A DNA stretch of 64,000 nt, taken from NCBI GenBank assembly GCA_053919585.1, contig CM132791.1; one strand, written 5' to 3'. The number at the start of each line of letters is the position of its first letter. The stretch's first letter is position 1. The stretch is from Euprymna scolopes. Taxonomy: Eukaryota. This document shows, piece by piece, positions 1 to 10,863 of the stretch. The translations under genes were made by a program, and so were the position numbers. The notes under the pieces are model-generated. The model was given only the letters and a program-made list of their open reading frames with translations. It searched no databases and was not told where the DNA came from.

Positions 1-345
1 TGAGAAGCTTGGTTTTAGATGCATTAAAACTAACCAACCTTATTTTCCCCATTGCACCATGTGCTCAAAATCAGAGGAGAAAGAATCAGAGATTTTTACC
101 ATTTCCAGCCTTTTTGAAGTGTCGTCTGCGTACATGTCTACTAGTGATCTAAGTATGTGACTTAGATCGTTGATGAAGATTAGGAACAGAGTTGGGTCCA
201 GGATTAAATTTTGAGGGACGCTAGCATTAATACTGTGAGTTTCTGATTTCTGCCCATCAACAACTAATGCTATAAATTAATCAGGGAGGAATGATTTAAT
301 GATTAAGGAAGCAGTTCTAGCTATTCCGTAAATGGAGATCTTGTG
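1..345 (-). mobile_element. RT fragment of the APE-RT LINE family (runs off the window start)
   Basis: Nucleotide similarity to 46099-46465 (agaagcttggttttagatgcattaaaa...cagcattaatactgtgag...gcccatcaac). Confidence 0.9.
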
Positions 346-825
346 TTTTGTCTACAATTCTTGGAGCTGATGTTGTTGTTTTTTTTTTTTAATACTTTCA
401 TATTCTAATCTTTATTTATTTTATTTTTATTTTTTATTTTATTTTTATTTCTTAGTTTTTGGCTTTAAATTGTCGTCTCTTATCCCTTATTTTATTTATT
501 TTTGTTTCATTGGCCATTATAATCGTTGTGTGTGTTCGCTTATTTTTACCTATATATATTTTTTCGTTAGACGGAAACATTTGCATGAGCTCATATGTAT
601 CTATGATCGTTTAATTTTTCATTCGCAGGAAGTTTGCTATAAATCCTTAAATTCCAGATTCCCACCTTGGATTCCTTACCATTAAACTCCTAACAATCAG
701 TTCTATATTCTCTTGATTGTTTTCCCACGAACTTTATTTGGCAAACCATCTAAAGTTAGGACTATGTATTTGTATTTTCTATATGTTTTATATTATTTCA
801 TACGCTGATCATATTATATCTATTT

Positions 826-868
826 TTATATCTCTTTGCTATCCCATCGATATGCATCTGTTACCTTC

Positions 869-926
<58 letters not shown>

Positions 927-970
927 CTCTTTGCTATCCCATCGATATGCATCTATTACCTTCCCATATA
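826..970. repeat. ~50-bp direct duplication flanking a (TA)n tract
   Basis: ttatatctctttgctatcccatcgatatgcatct(g/a)ttaccttcccatata at ~826 and ~921, with (TA)n at 871-920 between them. Confidence 0.9.
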
Positions 971-1080
971 AACACACTTTCTCCTTTTTATGCTTTCTAC
1001 TTTCTGATGCTGTATGCATATAGTTCTTCAAATTTTTAAGCTGATGTCATAAAGCCAGTTTTTCTCTTGATTTATTATTT

Positions 1081-1115
1081 ATGATGAGAAGCATTTCGCT
1101 TCGAAATGCGATAAC
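1081..1115 (+). ncRNA. Degenerate hammerhead motif in a PLE-like 3' tail
   Basis: aTGATGA-GAAGC-atttc-GCTTC-GAAA with C3 replaced by A; AATAAA and (TA)n follow downstream. Confidence 0.5.
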
Positions 1116-1185
1116 CGAAAGATGTTATTCATTTTTCTGATGACATAATAAAGTTTATTATTCAACGGCGTACTCTAATCTCCCA

Positions 1186-1244
<59 letters not shown>

Positions 1245-1277
1245 TTAATTTAGTATCCAACCAAATGGCTACATATA

Positions 1278-1327
1278 GGCATACATGTTTCGGCGAAAAC
1301 CCGGCAAGGGAATCGCTTCGTCAGGCC
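1278..1327 (-). ncRNA. Hammerhead motif, minimal palindromic stem III type
   Basis: Minus strand: ggc-CTGACGA-agcga...tcgcc-GAAA-CATG-TA-tgcc; ACATGT palindrome and GUA triplet; stem I is out of register by 1 nt. Confidence 0.65.
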
Positions 1328-2227
1328 AAAGACATCTCTTGCTGTTTCAACTCAAAAATTTCCAATTTATAACTAGTACTACATCGTATTTACGTGTAAA
1401 GGGGAGACAGGATCTAAAAAGAAAGTATATACATTAAAATGTGATCGTCCATTATGTCAATTATATTAATTTATTAATTATTTTATTTCATATTATTTAT
1501 AGTGCGTAATGAGTTTCAAGTAGAGTTTCAATATTATTAGTAAATTCCTAGTTCAGTAGGTAAGTTGTGTAGAATAGGATCCCTAGATTAAAAAAAAAAA
1601 ATTACGTATAAAATAAATGGTTAACGTGTAAATAAATTAGTATCCGTATAATATTACTTTTGTAAATTCTAACGTTACAAAGATTACGTGTAAAATAGGC
1701 GATTAAAATATAAAAATAAAATAAATTAAGCTCGATGAGGTGACCATTAAAACCTACGTTAAACGATTATGAAAAGTATACTAATGGTAAGATAACTACA
1801 TTACAATTAAAGATTTTGTTAATAACGTTATGAAAACCGTTATTGACAGAAAGAATAAGAAGAACAAGTAGAAGAAGAATAAGAGGAAGAAGAAGTTTAC
1901 AAGACAAACAGGAGACAATATGGCGAATTTATTTAATACTGTAACTGCAGAATTTCGACCAAGTGATGGAGACCACTCCAGCTACAACAAAAAGAGACAG
2001 ATGAAAGCTATGACAGTAATTTTCAGAGTGCAAAAGATATCATTAACTCAGACAAGAGATTGACATGTTAATAAATATAACATGAATGGCAACATTTAAC
2101 CTTCATGAATTTATGCTAATTCTCGAACCATTTTAGTTTAGTAGTCTTACAAAACAATGGGATGTTCACTAAATATATCAGCCACGCCTATATTATATTT
2201 ATTAGGAAGTTATGGGATTATAATATA

Positions 2228-2330
2228 CAGGGTGTTCCATAAGTCTTGGAAACATTTCAAGACTTTATATCTACTGAACTATACCTATTAAATAAAAGTG
2301 ACTGATTTTAATGCTAAATTTATCAACTTC
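2228..2330 (+). mobile_element. Tc1/mariner-type terminal fragment
   Basis: TA|CAGGGTGTTCCATAAGTC start, typical of a Tc1/mariner TIR; no partner end seen. Confidence 0.4.
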
Positions 2331-2334
2331 GATT

Positions 2335-3265
2335 TTAATGATGTTTGTATATTTTTAGATAAGGCTTGATTATTAGTTTTTGTATTATTTGGATTATTTA
2401 GACTATTGGTCCTATCTTGGTTGGTTTTCTTTCACAGCGTTTCGACCGATGTAACCTCCGACTGTTCTTAGGTGCATTCACGCTGAATGGTGATCATTTT
2501 TTGTCCAAAGAAGATAGCCATTAGAAATTTATAACGCAAATAGTTCCGTCTATTTCTTTTTTTTTAACTGGATCGATTCCGTTTTTTGTATATGATGTTT
2601 GAATACTTTTAGGATAAAGATTAATAATATTCGATTGTTTGGATTATTGTTCTCATCTTGGTTGCTATTTTTTTACAACGTTTTTGGCCGATGTAGCCGC
2701 CGACCGTCTTCAAGTGCATTCACACTAGATGTTATTGGTGAATGGTGAAAAATGTTTTCTTTTTGTTTGTTTTTGTTTGTTTGTTTTCAAACCACATATA
2801 GCAGTTAGGAATTCAAAACGCAAATAGTTCCAAGTCTATTCTATTTTTTAATAAATCCGGGTCCATTCTGTATTTTTATATGATCTTTGCATATTTTTGA
2901 GATGAAGATTGGTAATAATATTTTTCTGTTATTTGGACTGTTTGGAGTATTTTTCTCTCTTGGTTGGGGTTTATACACGATGTTTCGGCCGATGTAACCT
3001 CCCACCGTCTTCAGGTGTATTCACGTTAAATGTTATTGGTTAATGGCGAATTATTTTATTGTTTGTAAGTTTTTCTAACGAACATAGACATTAAAAATTC
3101 AAAACGTAAATAGTGTCATCTATTTCTATTTTCATTTAATAAATCCGGGTTCATTTCGTTTTATTATACAATGTTCGTATATTTTTTTAGATTTGGCTTG
3201 ATAATTAATTTTGTATTATGTTGTTTGCTTGGATTATTGTTTTCAACTTGGTTGTTTTTTTCCAC
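2335..3265 (-). repeat. Tandem array of ~240-300-bp hammerhead-containing units (PLE pLTR/retrozyme-like): 3 full units plus 1 truncated
   Basis: Repeating ttggattatt...tcttggttg...gtttcggccgatgtaacctccgaccgtcttcaggtgcattcac; the HHR GAAA motif lies at ~2440, ~2681 and ~2983 on the minus strand. Confidence 0.85.
2973..3020 (-). ncRNA. Type I hammerhead ribozyme (best-preserved unit of the array)
   Basis: ATACAC-CTGAAGA-c-ggtgg...tcggcc-GAAA-CA-TC-GTGTAT, with a perfect 6-bp stem I (ATACAC/GTGTAT). Confidence 0.8.
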
Positions 3266-4148
3266 GTGTCAAAAATTTACAAAAATCATATAAAAACAAC
3301 TTGTCAAAATATACAAATATCATATGAAACAAAACGTTTTAAAAATATGCTAACATCATATCAAATAACGTTTAAAAATATACAAACATCATATAAGAAT
3401 GTTTAAAAATATACAACCATCATATCAAAAAACGTTTAAAAATATTGAATCATCTCAAAATAACGTGTAAAATATAAAACATCATATAAAAAATGCTTTA
3501 TGAATATACAAACATCATATTTTTTTTAAATATGCAGACATCATATCAAAAGAACGTTTTATGATTACACTATAAAAACAACGTGTCAAATACATACGAG
3601 CATCATATCAAAACAATATTGTAAAAAATATACAAACATATGAAAAACACTTGTCAGAAAATATACAAACACCATATCAAAAGAACCTGTCACAAATACA
3701 CAAACATCATATCAAAGAAATATTTAAAATATATATAAACATCATATCAAAAAATATTTTTAAAATATACAAACATCATATCAAAACATATTTTAAAAAT
3801 ATACAAATATCATATAAAATGTCTTTTCAAAATATACAAACATCATATCAAAAAAATATTCAAACATAGTATCGAAAAAACGTTTAAACATACACAAATA
3901 TTATATCAAAAAACGTTTTAAACATATACAAACTTAATGTCAAAAAACGTTTCAAAAATATGCAAGCCTCATATAAAAAGACGTTTGAAATATACAAATA
4001 CCATAAAAACTTTTTAAAAATATACAAACATTATATCAAAAAACGTTTAAATAATATACAAATATTATATCAAAAAACGTTTTAAAAATATACAATTACC
4101 ATATCAAAAAAAGTTTTAAAAATATACAAACATCATATAAAGAAAACG
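3266..4148 (+). repeat. Degenerate ~30-33-bp minisatellite (aaaatatacaaacatcatatcaaaaaacgttt)
   Basis: Roughly 27 diverged copies; the unit is the reverse complement of a sub-segment of the HHR unit (2580-2610). Confidence 0.9.
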
Positions 4149-4340
4149 GAATACACCCGGCTGTACGAAAAAGATCCCAAGGAATTTGTGTGTAGAATTT
4201 CTAACGGTTATGATCGTTGGGGAAACAAAAGAAAAACACATTTTTTCACCAATAACATCCAGTGTGAATGCATCTGAAAGCGGTCGTAAGTTACATTGAT
4301 ATACATGTTGTGGTGAAAATCAACCAAGATGAGAATAATT
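4130..4340 (+). mobile_element. Inverted copy of the HHR unit with a decayed ribozyme core
   Basis: ttcaccaataacatccagtgtgaatgcatctgaaagcggtcg...gttgtgg...caaccaagatgagaataat is the reverse complement of the 2640-2900 unit; followed by (TA)n at 4360-4424. Confidence 0.85.
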
Positions 4341-4356
4341 TCACTTCTATATTAAT

Positions 4357-4419
<63 letters not shown>

Positions 4420-4428
<9 letters not shown>

Positions 4429-5154
4429 CTGTGTGTGTGTCTGGTTACGAATAGGTTCCTATATGGTTGACTATTTTAAAAAACTGATCACATATAATGG
4501 TAGAAGATGTATCGAGACACAGGAATGGGTATGTTCGATCTGGCAGAACGGTGGTTCATTAAAATTGTGGGGTCTGCATTCGCGCCTGGTTCACAAAGTA
4601 TGGAAATAAAAAATTAAAAAATTAAAAAATTAAAACATTTTACAAGTGTTTTTGATATAGATGTACATAAGAATACTTTGATAAGCATGTTTTAACTTAA
4701 ATAGGGATGGTATAATAAAATTGTGGGGTCTGCGTTCGCGCCTGGCCTCCATAGAATGGAAATAGGTACAAACTTTAATAAAGACTTTTCATATCTATCT
4801 GCGTAAGTATAGTTTGATAATTATGCTTCAGTTTGAAGAAATATTGTATAATAAAATTAGGGGGTGTTCGTTCGCTCCTGATCTCCATAGAATGGAAATA
4901 TGTCACAAAGTTTAACAAGGTTTTTTTTATATAGATCCACAGAATATTGTGATAAGTGTTTCAGTGTGAACAAGTATGGTATAATAAATTATGGGGTTTA
5001 TCTATTTTATTTTTACTTTCATCATATTTTGCTTTGGTTTTGATACCCCCAAATTCAACCCAAATTTACAACCGTTCCTTTTCATAACCTATCATACTTT
5101 TATAAATCAGAGTTAATTTTCTGTAGGCTGTTTTTGAACCCAGTAATTTTGCTA

Positions 5155-5156
<2 letters not shown>
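4420..5156 (+). mobile_element. Non-autonomous Helitron-like element with ~135-155-bp internal repeats
   Basis: 5' atataaagctgtgtgtgtgtc; repeated taaaattgtggggtctgcgttcgcgcctgg at ~4560, 4716, 4852 and 4985; ends in CTAG|T; (TA)n on both sides. Confidence 0.5.
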
Positions 5157-5227
<71 letters not shown>

Positions 5228-5254
5228 GGCATGCTTTTTATATCCTAAATAGTT

Positions 5255-5540
5255 TTGGAGATATTAATTTATTTATTTATTTATTTATTTATTTGCGGAT
5301 TTTTATATTTATCTTCGTAGTTGTTGTTTCGCCACAGCGTTTCGGATAACTATTCCTCTGAAATTCGTCACGTGGTTAACTGAGACGGGATAGGGATGCT
5401 GAGTCTCTTCCATATAGTTGTCGTCTCATCAACTAATCCTCTGAATGGCTTTGCATAGGATTGAACCCGTTATCTCCAGACAATACTCACGTGGAACCGT
5501 GGAGATTCATCGCCTCTATCCATAGTGCTACAGCCACTGA
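5255..5540 (-). mobile_element. tRNA-headed SINE with hammerhead tail, copy 1
   Basis: Minus strand: A-box TAGCACTATGG (5520-5530), B-box GGGTTCAATCC (5458-5468), decayed HHR CCAC-gTGACGA...tccGAAACGCT-GTGG (5332-5375), (AAAT)n tail. Confidence 0.75.
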
Positions 5541-5863
5541 AAGGCGATCAAAGTTGAAGTTGCTTTTGTCTCATAAATCCAAGTTTTTCGTCCCAATTTG
5601 GTCTTCCATCATCGGATCCGTACCGAATAGTATATTATTTTATTATTGGCATCCTTTGAGATGGATATTGTGTATACTTATTTATTTATTTATTTTCGGA
5701 TTATTATTAATAAATATATATATATATACAAATTACTCATTTCAATGTATTCTAATAATAAAATAATATACCATTCGATACATACCATACAATGGAAAGT
5801 CAGGTAAGAAAGAAAACTTAGAGTTATAAAACCAAGAAAAAAATCTAACCTTGATTTCTATTA

Positions 5864-6235
5864 GGAGCCTGTGGCGCAGTGGTTAGAGGCGTTGAGTCTT
5901 TACTGGTTCAGATGAGCATTGTCTTTAGTTATCGGTTTCAATCCTATTCAAAGCCGTCCAAAGATTATTTGGCCAAAACGCAGGGAGATGACAACAGCTA
6001 TGGAAGGCAGTAATTACTGAGAATACAGTTAAAAGACTCAGTATTCCTATCCGTCGCGGGTATCACCTGACGAAGTCAGAGAAATAGTTGGCCAAAACGT
6101 CGTGAAACAAAAACTATAAAGATGAGAATAAAAATTTGTAAATAAATAAATATATAAATTAATCATCTAAAAGGATTCTAATAAAAAAAAAATAGTTTCT
6201 GGGATATTTGATGGCCAAATGTGTTCACAACTTGT
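5864..6235 (+). mobile_element. tRNA-headed SINE with hammerhead tail, copy 2
   Basis: A-box TGGCGCAGTGG (5872-5882), B-box GGTTTCAATCC (5934-5944), HHR TCAC-CTGACGA-agtcag..ttggcc-aAAA-CGTC-GTGA (6063-6105; G12 replaced by A). Confidence 0.8.
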
Positions 6236-7063
6236 GAAACCCCTTATAGAATTCATTATATATTTTAAGAGAGTAAAATTTCGCAATTGAGTTTACTTTT
6301 CGCGTCCTCACAACTTTTAAGCAATCTTCTTACAAAGGGGGGAGGAGGATTGTTGTTTACTACTTCGGAATCCAACCCATCTAACACGCTTATTTCTGAC
6401 CTTCCTTCCATTTACTGGCTTCATGCTTTGTCTGAAGCGATTTTTATAGAACGTACCTTTTCTGAACGTTGATATATTAAAATAAGGTGAACTTTAGGCG
6501 AGAGAAATAAATTGATTTTTATTAATTATTTTAAGGTAGATTATGGCGTAATCGATTTTACCTCTCTTTTTTCGATGTTTTTCTGATAGTATTTAATAAT
6601 TACAAATGTTATTCTCCTGTTTAATTCATGAATTTCCAATATTAATAATAATGAGTAAATAATAATAAATGGCAATCTTTAGTAATAATAATGATACTAG
6701 TAATAATCATAATGATAATGACGATAATAATGGAAATAATAAATAACCTCCATCTCTATCTCTACTAGTATATAAAAGTCATTGTCTGTGAGTTCCTTAT
6801 ATGTTTCAAAATGGTTGGGCCTATCTTTTGCAAATTTAACACAAAGCTAATTTATATTTCTGGCAGTGTTCTTAGATATGTTTTGCATAGAAATTCATCC
6901 GATACTTATCGAAAATCGACAACATGCGATCTTTAAATAACCTTATCTCGCTTACAGATAAAAAGAATAATTTTACTGGGAATATTTTACGTTACACCGG
7001 CAAGGGCAATACCAAAATGTCATCAAGTCATTATTTCTTGAGAAAAAGGATTTATAGTAATTT

Positions 7064-7139
7064 GGAGATATAGATTAGTGGTAGAGCATTTGATTGCAGA
7101 TCTAATAACTCCCTGTGCAAGACCAGGTGTACCGCACCA
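7064..7139 (+). pseudogene. Degenerate tRNA-Cys(GCA)-like sequence ending in CCA, inside the Helitron
   Basis: GGAGATATAGATTAGTGGTAGAGCATTTGATTGCAGATC...CCAGGTGTACCGCACCA follows the metazoan tRNA-Cys pattern; T-arm and acceptor stem are decayed. Confidence 0.75.
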
Positions 7140-7403
7140 TTTTATTTTAATTTTTTCTTATTATTGAGTTCCATTCACGATAAAAGAAAAGGTACCATTT
7201 ATAATCGCTGCAAATCATTTCTTCATTTGCATATTTCAAAACTAACCATTTATCAAAACTGACATTTCAAGGGCATTCAAGCCCAAATATCAGCTGACGT
7301 CATATTGTAAACAAACACAGACGAAATTTGATGAACGACATTATCATTTTTATTCATTATTACTTTTTTGTGAATTAGTCCGGCAGCAAATTATTCCTTG
7401 TAA

Positions 7404-7469
<66 letters not shown>
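7404..7469. repeat. (AAT)n microsatellite
   Basis: Perfect AAT run. Confidence 0.99.
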
Positions 7470-7479
7470 CCTGGCGTAC

Positions 7480-8717
7480 TTGAGGCAATTGGCGATATTT
7501 ATTACTTGAGGAAAAAAAGAGGAATTCATTTTTCTTCTTTTTTTGGCAAAGACGGGCAGCATGTTTGCGTATGTGGGCACGTGTGTACTAGAAAGGACTG
7601 TCACACCCACACCACCCCATCCCTCCTTACCCTCACCCTCTACTGACCAACGACCCGGCATTAACTCAAGACAGGAGCCCAAATAGGGATGTTTAGCGTG
7701 CTTGTGACAGAAAACTATCTTAAAGAAACCAACGAAATGTGAGCTTACGTCCTTTTTTGTTAAAAAAAAAGAAGTTAAATGTTACTTCGAATTTATTTCA
7801 GAAAACGGTCTATTTCGATATAAACGCATAATTCTGTTTGTCAATGCAAATTTAATGAAAATCCTCTAAAAATGAATGTAAAAATTATTAGACGGGGCAA
7901 CTGGCGATATTTATTACTATATTTTATTAGGAAAAAAAAAGAGGAATTCATTTTATTCTTTTTTTGGCCAAACGGGCAGACTGTTTGTGTATGTGGGCAT
8001 GTATTTACTAGAAAGGACTGTCACCCCCTTCCTTACATTCACCCTCTACTGACCAACGACCTGGCATTTAATTCAGAACATGAGCCCAAATAGGGACGTT
8101 TAGCACGCTTGTGACAGAAAACTCTTTTAAAGAAACCTACGAAATATGAGTTTACGTCCTTTTTTTGTTAAAAAAAAAAAGAAGTTAAATGTTACTTCGA
8201 ATTTATTTCAGAAAACAGTCTGTTTCGGTATAAACGCATAATTCTGTTTGTCAATGCAAATTTAATGAAAATCCTCTAAAAATGAATGTAAAAAAAAAAC
8301 AGATGAGCAACTGATGATGTTTATTACGTGAGGAAAATAAAGATGAATTCATTTTTATTCTTTTTTGACAAAAACGGGCAGAATGTTTGCGTATGTGGGC
8401 ACGTGTGTACTAGAAAGGACTGTCACCACCACCCACCCCACCCCTCCTTACCCTCACCCTCTACTGATCAACGACCTGGCATTTACCTAAAGACAGGAGC
8501 CCAAATAGGGACGTTAAGCAACTCTTTTAAAGAAACCAACCAAAGGTGAGTTTATGTCCTTTTTTTGTTAAAAAAAAAATGTTAAATTTTACTTCGAATT
8601 TATTTCAGAAAGCAGTCTGTTTCGGTATAAACGTTGTTTGTCAATGCAAATTTAATGAAAATCCTCTAAAAATAAATGCAAAAATAACCAGATGGGCGAC
8701 TGGCGAATTATCTAGTT
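7480..8717 (+). repeat. Three tandem ~410-420-bp repeats ending in a Helitron-like CTAG|T
   Basis: gaattcattttt...tactagaaaggactgtcacc...gcccaaataggga...gaaaatcctctaaaaat occurs three times; ends ccagatgggcgactggcgaattatCTAGt. Confidence 0.85.
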
Positions 8718-8744
8718 AAATGTTAGTTCGAACTTATAACATAA

Positions 8745-8900
8745 ACCAGTCCTCTTACCGATATAGACATAGAAATTTGCCTCGTCTCTGAACGATGGAA
8801 TTAAATACTACAACAGCGACAGGGAAAAATTGCCTTCCTCTTTTCCCATCCAACATTTCCAGCGGCTAAGCAGTATGGTGTAAGGTAGACCTATCTTCAA
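8745..8900 (-). mobile_element. Probable remnant of the 5' UTR of the APE-RT LINE family
   Basis: atagacatagaaa...tactac...gaaaa...tcttttccc resembles 48643-48730. Confidence 0.45.
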
Positions 8901-9029
8901 ACGCCCTCTTTCAGAGTATAATATCTGACTTTCTACCAAGTAGAATACTAAGTTGGAAATTACATCTTTTTATTTTTATTTTTATTTTATTTGTTTATGT
9001 TTTTTATTATTTTTTTGTTCATATCCCAT

Positions 9030-9084
9030 ATGTATGTGTGATAGTGCACGATACCTCTTGTATACATGGGAGCTTTACACTATC
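9030..9084 (+). ncRNA. Candidate HDV-like ribozyme at the 5' end of the R4/Dong element
   Basis: P1 9030-36/9061-67, P2 9040-48/9076-84, P3 CGA/TTG, L3 TACCTC, GG 9068-69, C9073; J4/2 is non-canonical. Confidence 0.4.
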
Positions 9085-9389
9085 CCTGTGTCAGAACCAC
9101 TGGTAAAATAATTCTGGGTCCGGTGCTGCCACAAACACCAAAATATGAAAAATGTCAATTACAAATTATCCAAACCATGGGCCCCAGAAGAAAGATCTTG
9201 AGGTTATGATCGGCAAGTGCTTTTCGGTAGCCAGCATGGGGACCCGGTCGTCATCCTGCGAATGTTGGCCAACTTTCTAGTTTCAGAAACTGAAATTATA
9301 TGGACGCTGAACAGGTAAGTATAACCTCTTATTTCAGGGAACAAAATGATACTGAACAAACACAGTATAGCCATGATAACCATCAAAAT

Positions 9390-10807
9390 GAAGAAAAAAA
9401 ACGAAGAAAGAAATGGGCAACAAAAAAGAATAGACTCGTAATGAAATGCTATTATAGAAGTCACCTTAAATATAGATATGTAGTTATCGGAAACGAATGA
9501 AAGAACTATGGGACCTATCCAGTGACTACCATACGACAGAACAAAGAATTGCGGACAAAGCAAGAAAGGTTGGCTCTCTAAACTAGAACTAACAGAAATT
9601 CAGCGAAAAATAAATGATGAAACTGAACAAGAAGCATGCTCCAACGAAACCGCATGTTGAGAAACCCCACAAGTTGAAGCCTCACAAGTAAAAACACCAA
9701 AGGCCGAGGACCGACAAAGATCAAGTCTACAAACGTTGAAACCGAGAACAATGAAACAGAACTAACAGGGAATGAAGCAAAGAAAATAAATAAAATAATA
9801 CAGCTAGTGAATGAGGAAAAAACAAAGCTCCCATCGTTAAGGAACCAAGAACAGAAGAAATTAAAAACAGAAACAGAGAAGGTTAACAAACTCCTCCCAC
9901 ACATACCAACAAATACAATCACAGACTTAAACAACCATATTTACGCAGGCGCCAAAATGGTAAGTATGAATCTCAAATCAGAAAAACAACCGGGGACAAG
10001 CGGACCGACAAAACCTGGATGGAAAATAAGACTAGAAATTCAAATACACAAACATAAAAAAGAAACCAAAATGATCAACAGGAAGAAAGCAATGTGGAGA
10101 AAACGGAATATTGGAAATGTAACTGGCAGGGAGAGGCTAAACAAGAAATATGAAGAACTGGACCAAAAAATAAAAGCAAAAGAAGCGAGATTGAGACGAT
10201 ATAGATATAAATCTGAACAATGCAAACAAAACAGAACATTTTAAACTAATGAACGCCAATTCTACCAAAATGTGAACGGTTGAAAAACAAAAACAGAACA
10301 ACCAAATCCGACAGAAACAAAACTCTACTGGAGTAATATATGGGAAGAGCGACGAAATCACAATAGAAATGCCGAATGGCTGAAAGACATGAAAGAAGAG
10401 TTACAACAAATAGAAGAAGGAACAGCGAATAAAATCAGCAAGGAAACACTAAAGAAAACCATAGGAAAAATGGCAAACTGGAGAGCACCAGGGCACGACG
10501 GGATACATGCATACTGGTTCAAAAAAGTCACAACCTTACACGAAAGACTAGCCTAAAACCTGAGAAGATGTATACAGGAAGTTAGCGTACCAGACTGGAT
10601 GACAAAAGGTAGAACCACACTGCTACAGAAGGACACGGGAAAGGAACCGTCCCTAGCAACTATAGGCCAATCACATGCTTACCAACTATGTGGAAGATAC
10701 TGACAGCACAACTGAGGTAACAAATCTACCACTCCCTGAATAACCGTGGACTCATCCTTGAGGAGCAGAAAGGATGTTAAAAAGGAAAAATAGGAACACA
10801 TGACCTG

Positions 10808-10863
<56 letters not shown>

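Noticed and set aside
717-1039. ORFs with YIYIYI runs (also 5134, 7350, 27606-28161, 30373, 34678, 52888, 56259-56691)
   Set aside because: These are translations of (TA)n, (AAT)n, (GT)n and (GA)n microsatellites.
7064-7139. Functional tRNA-Cys gene
   Set aside because: The T-loop/B-box and stems are disrupted; listed as a pseudogene instead.
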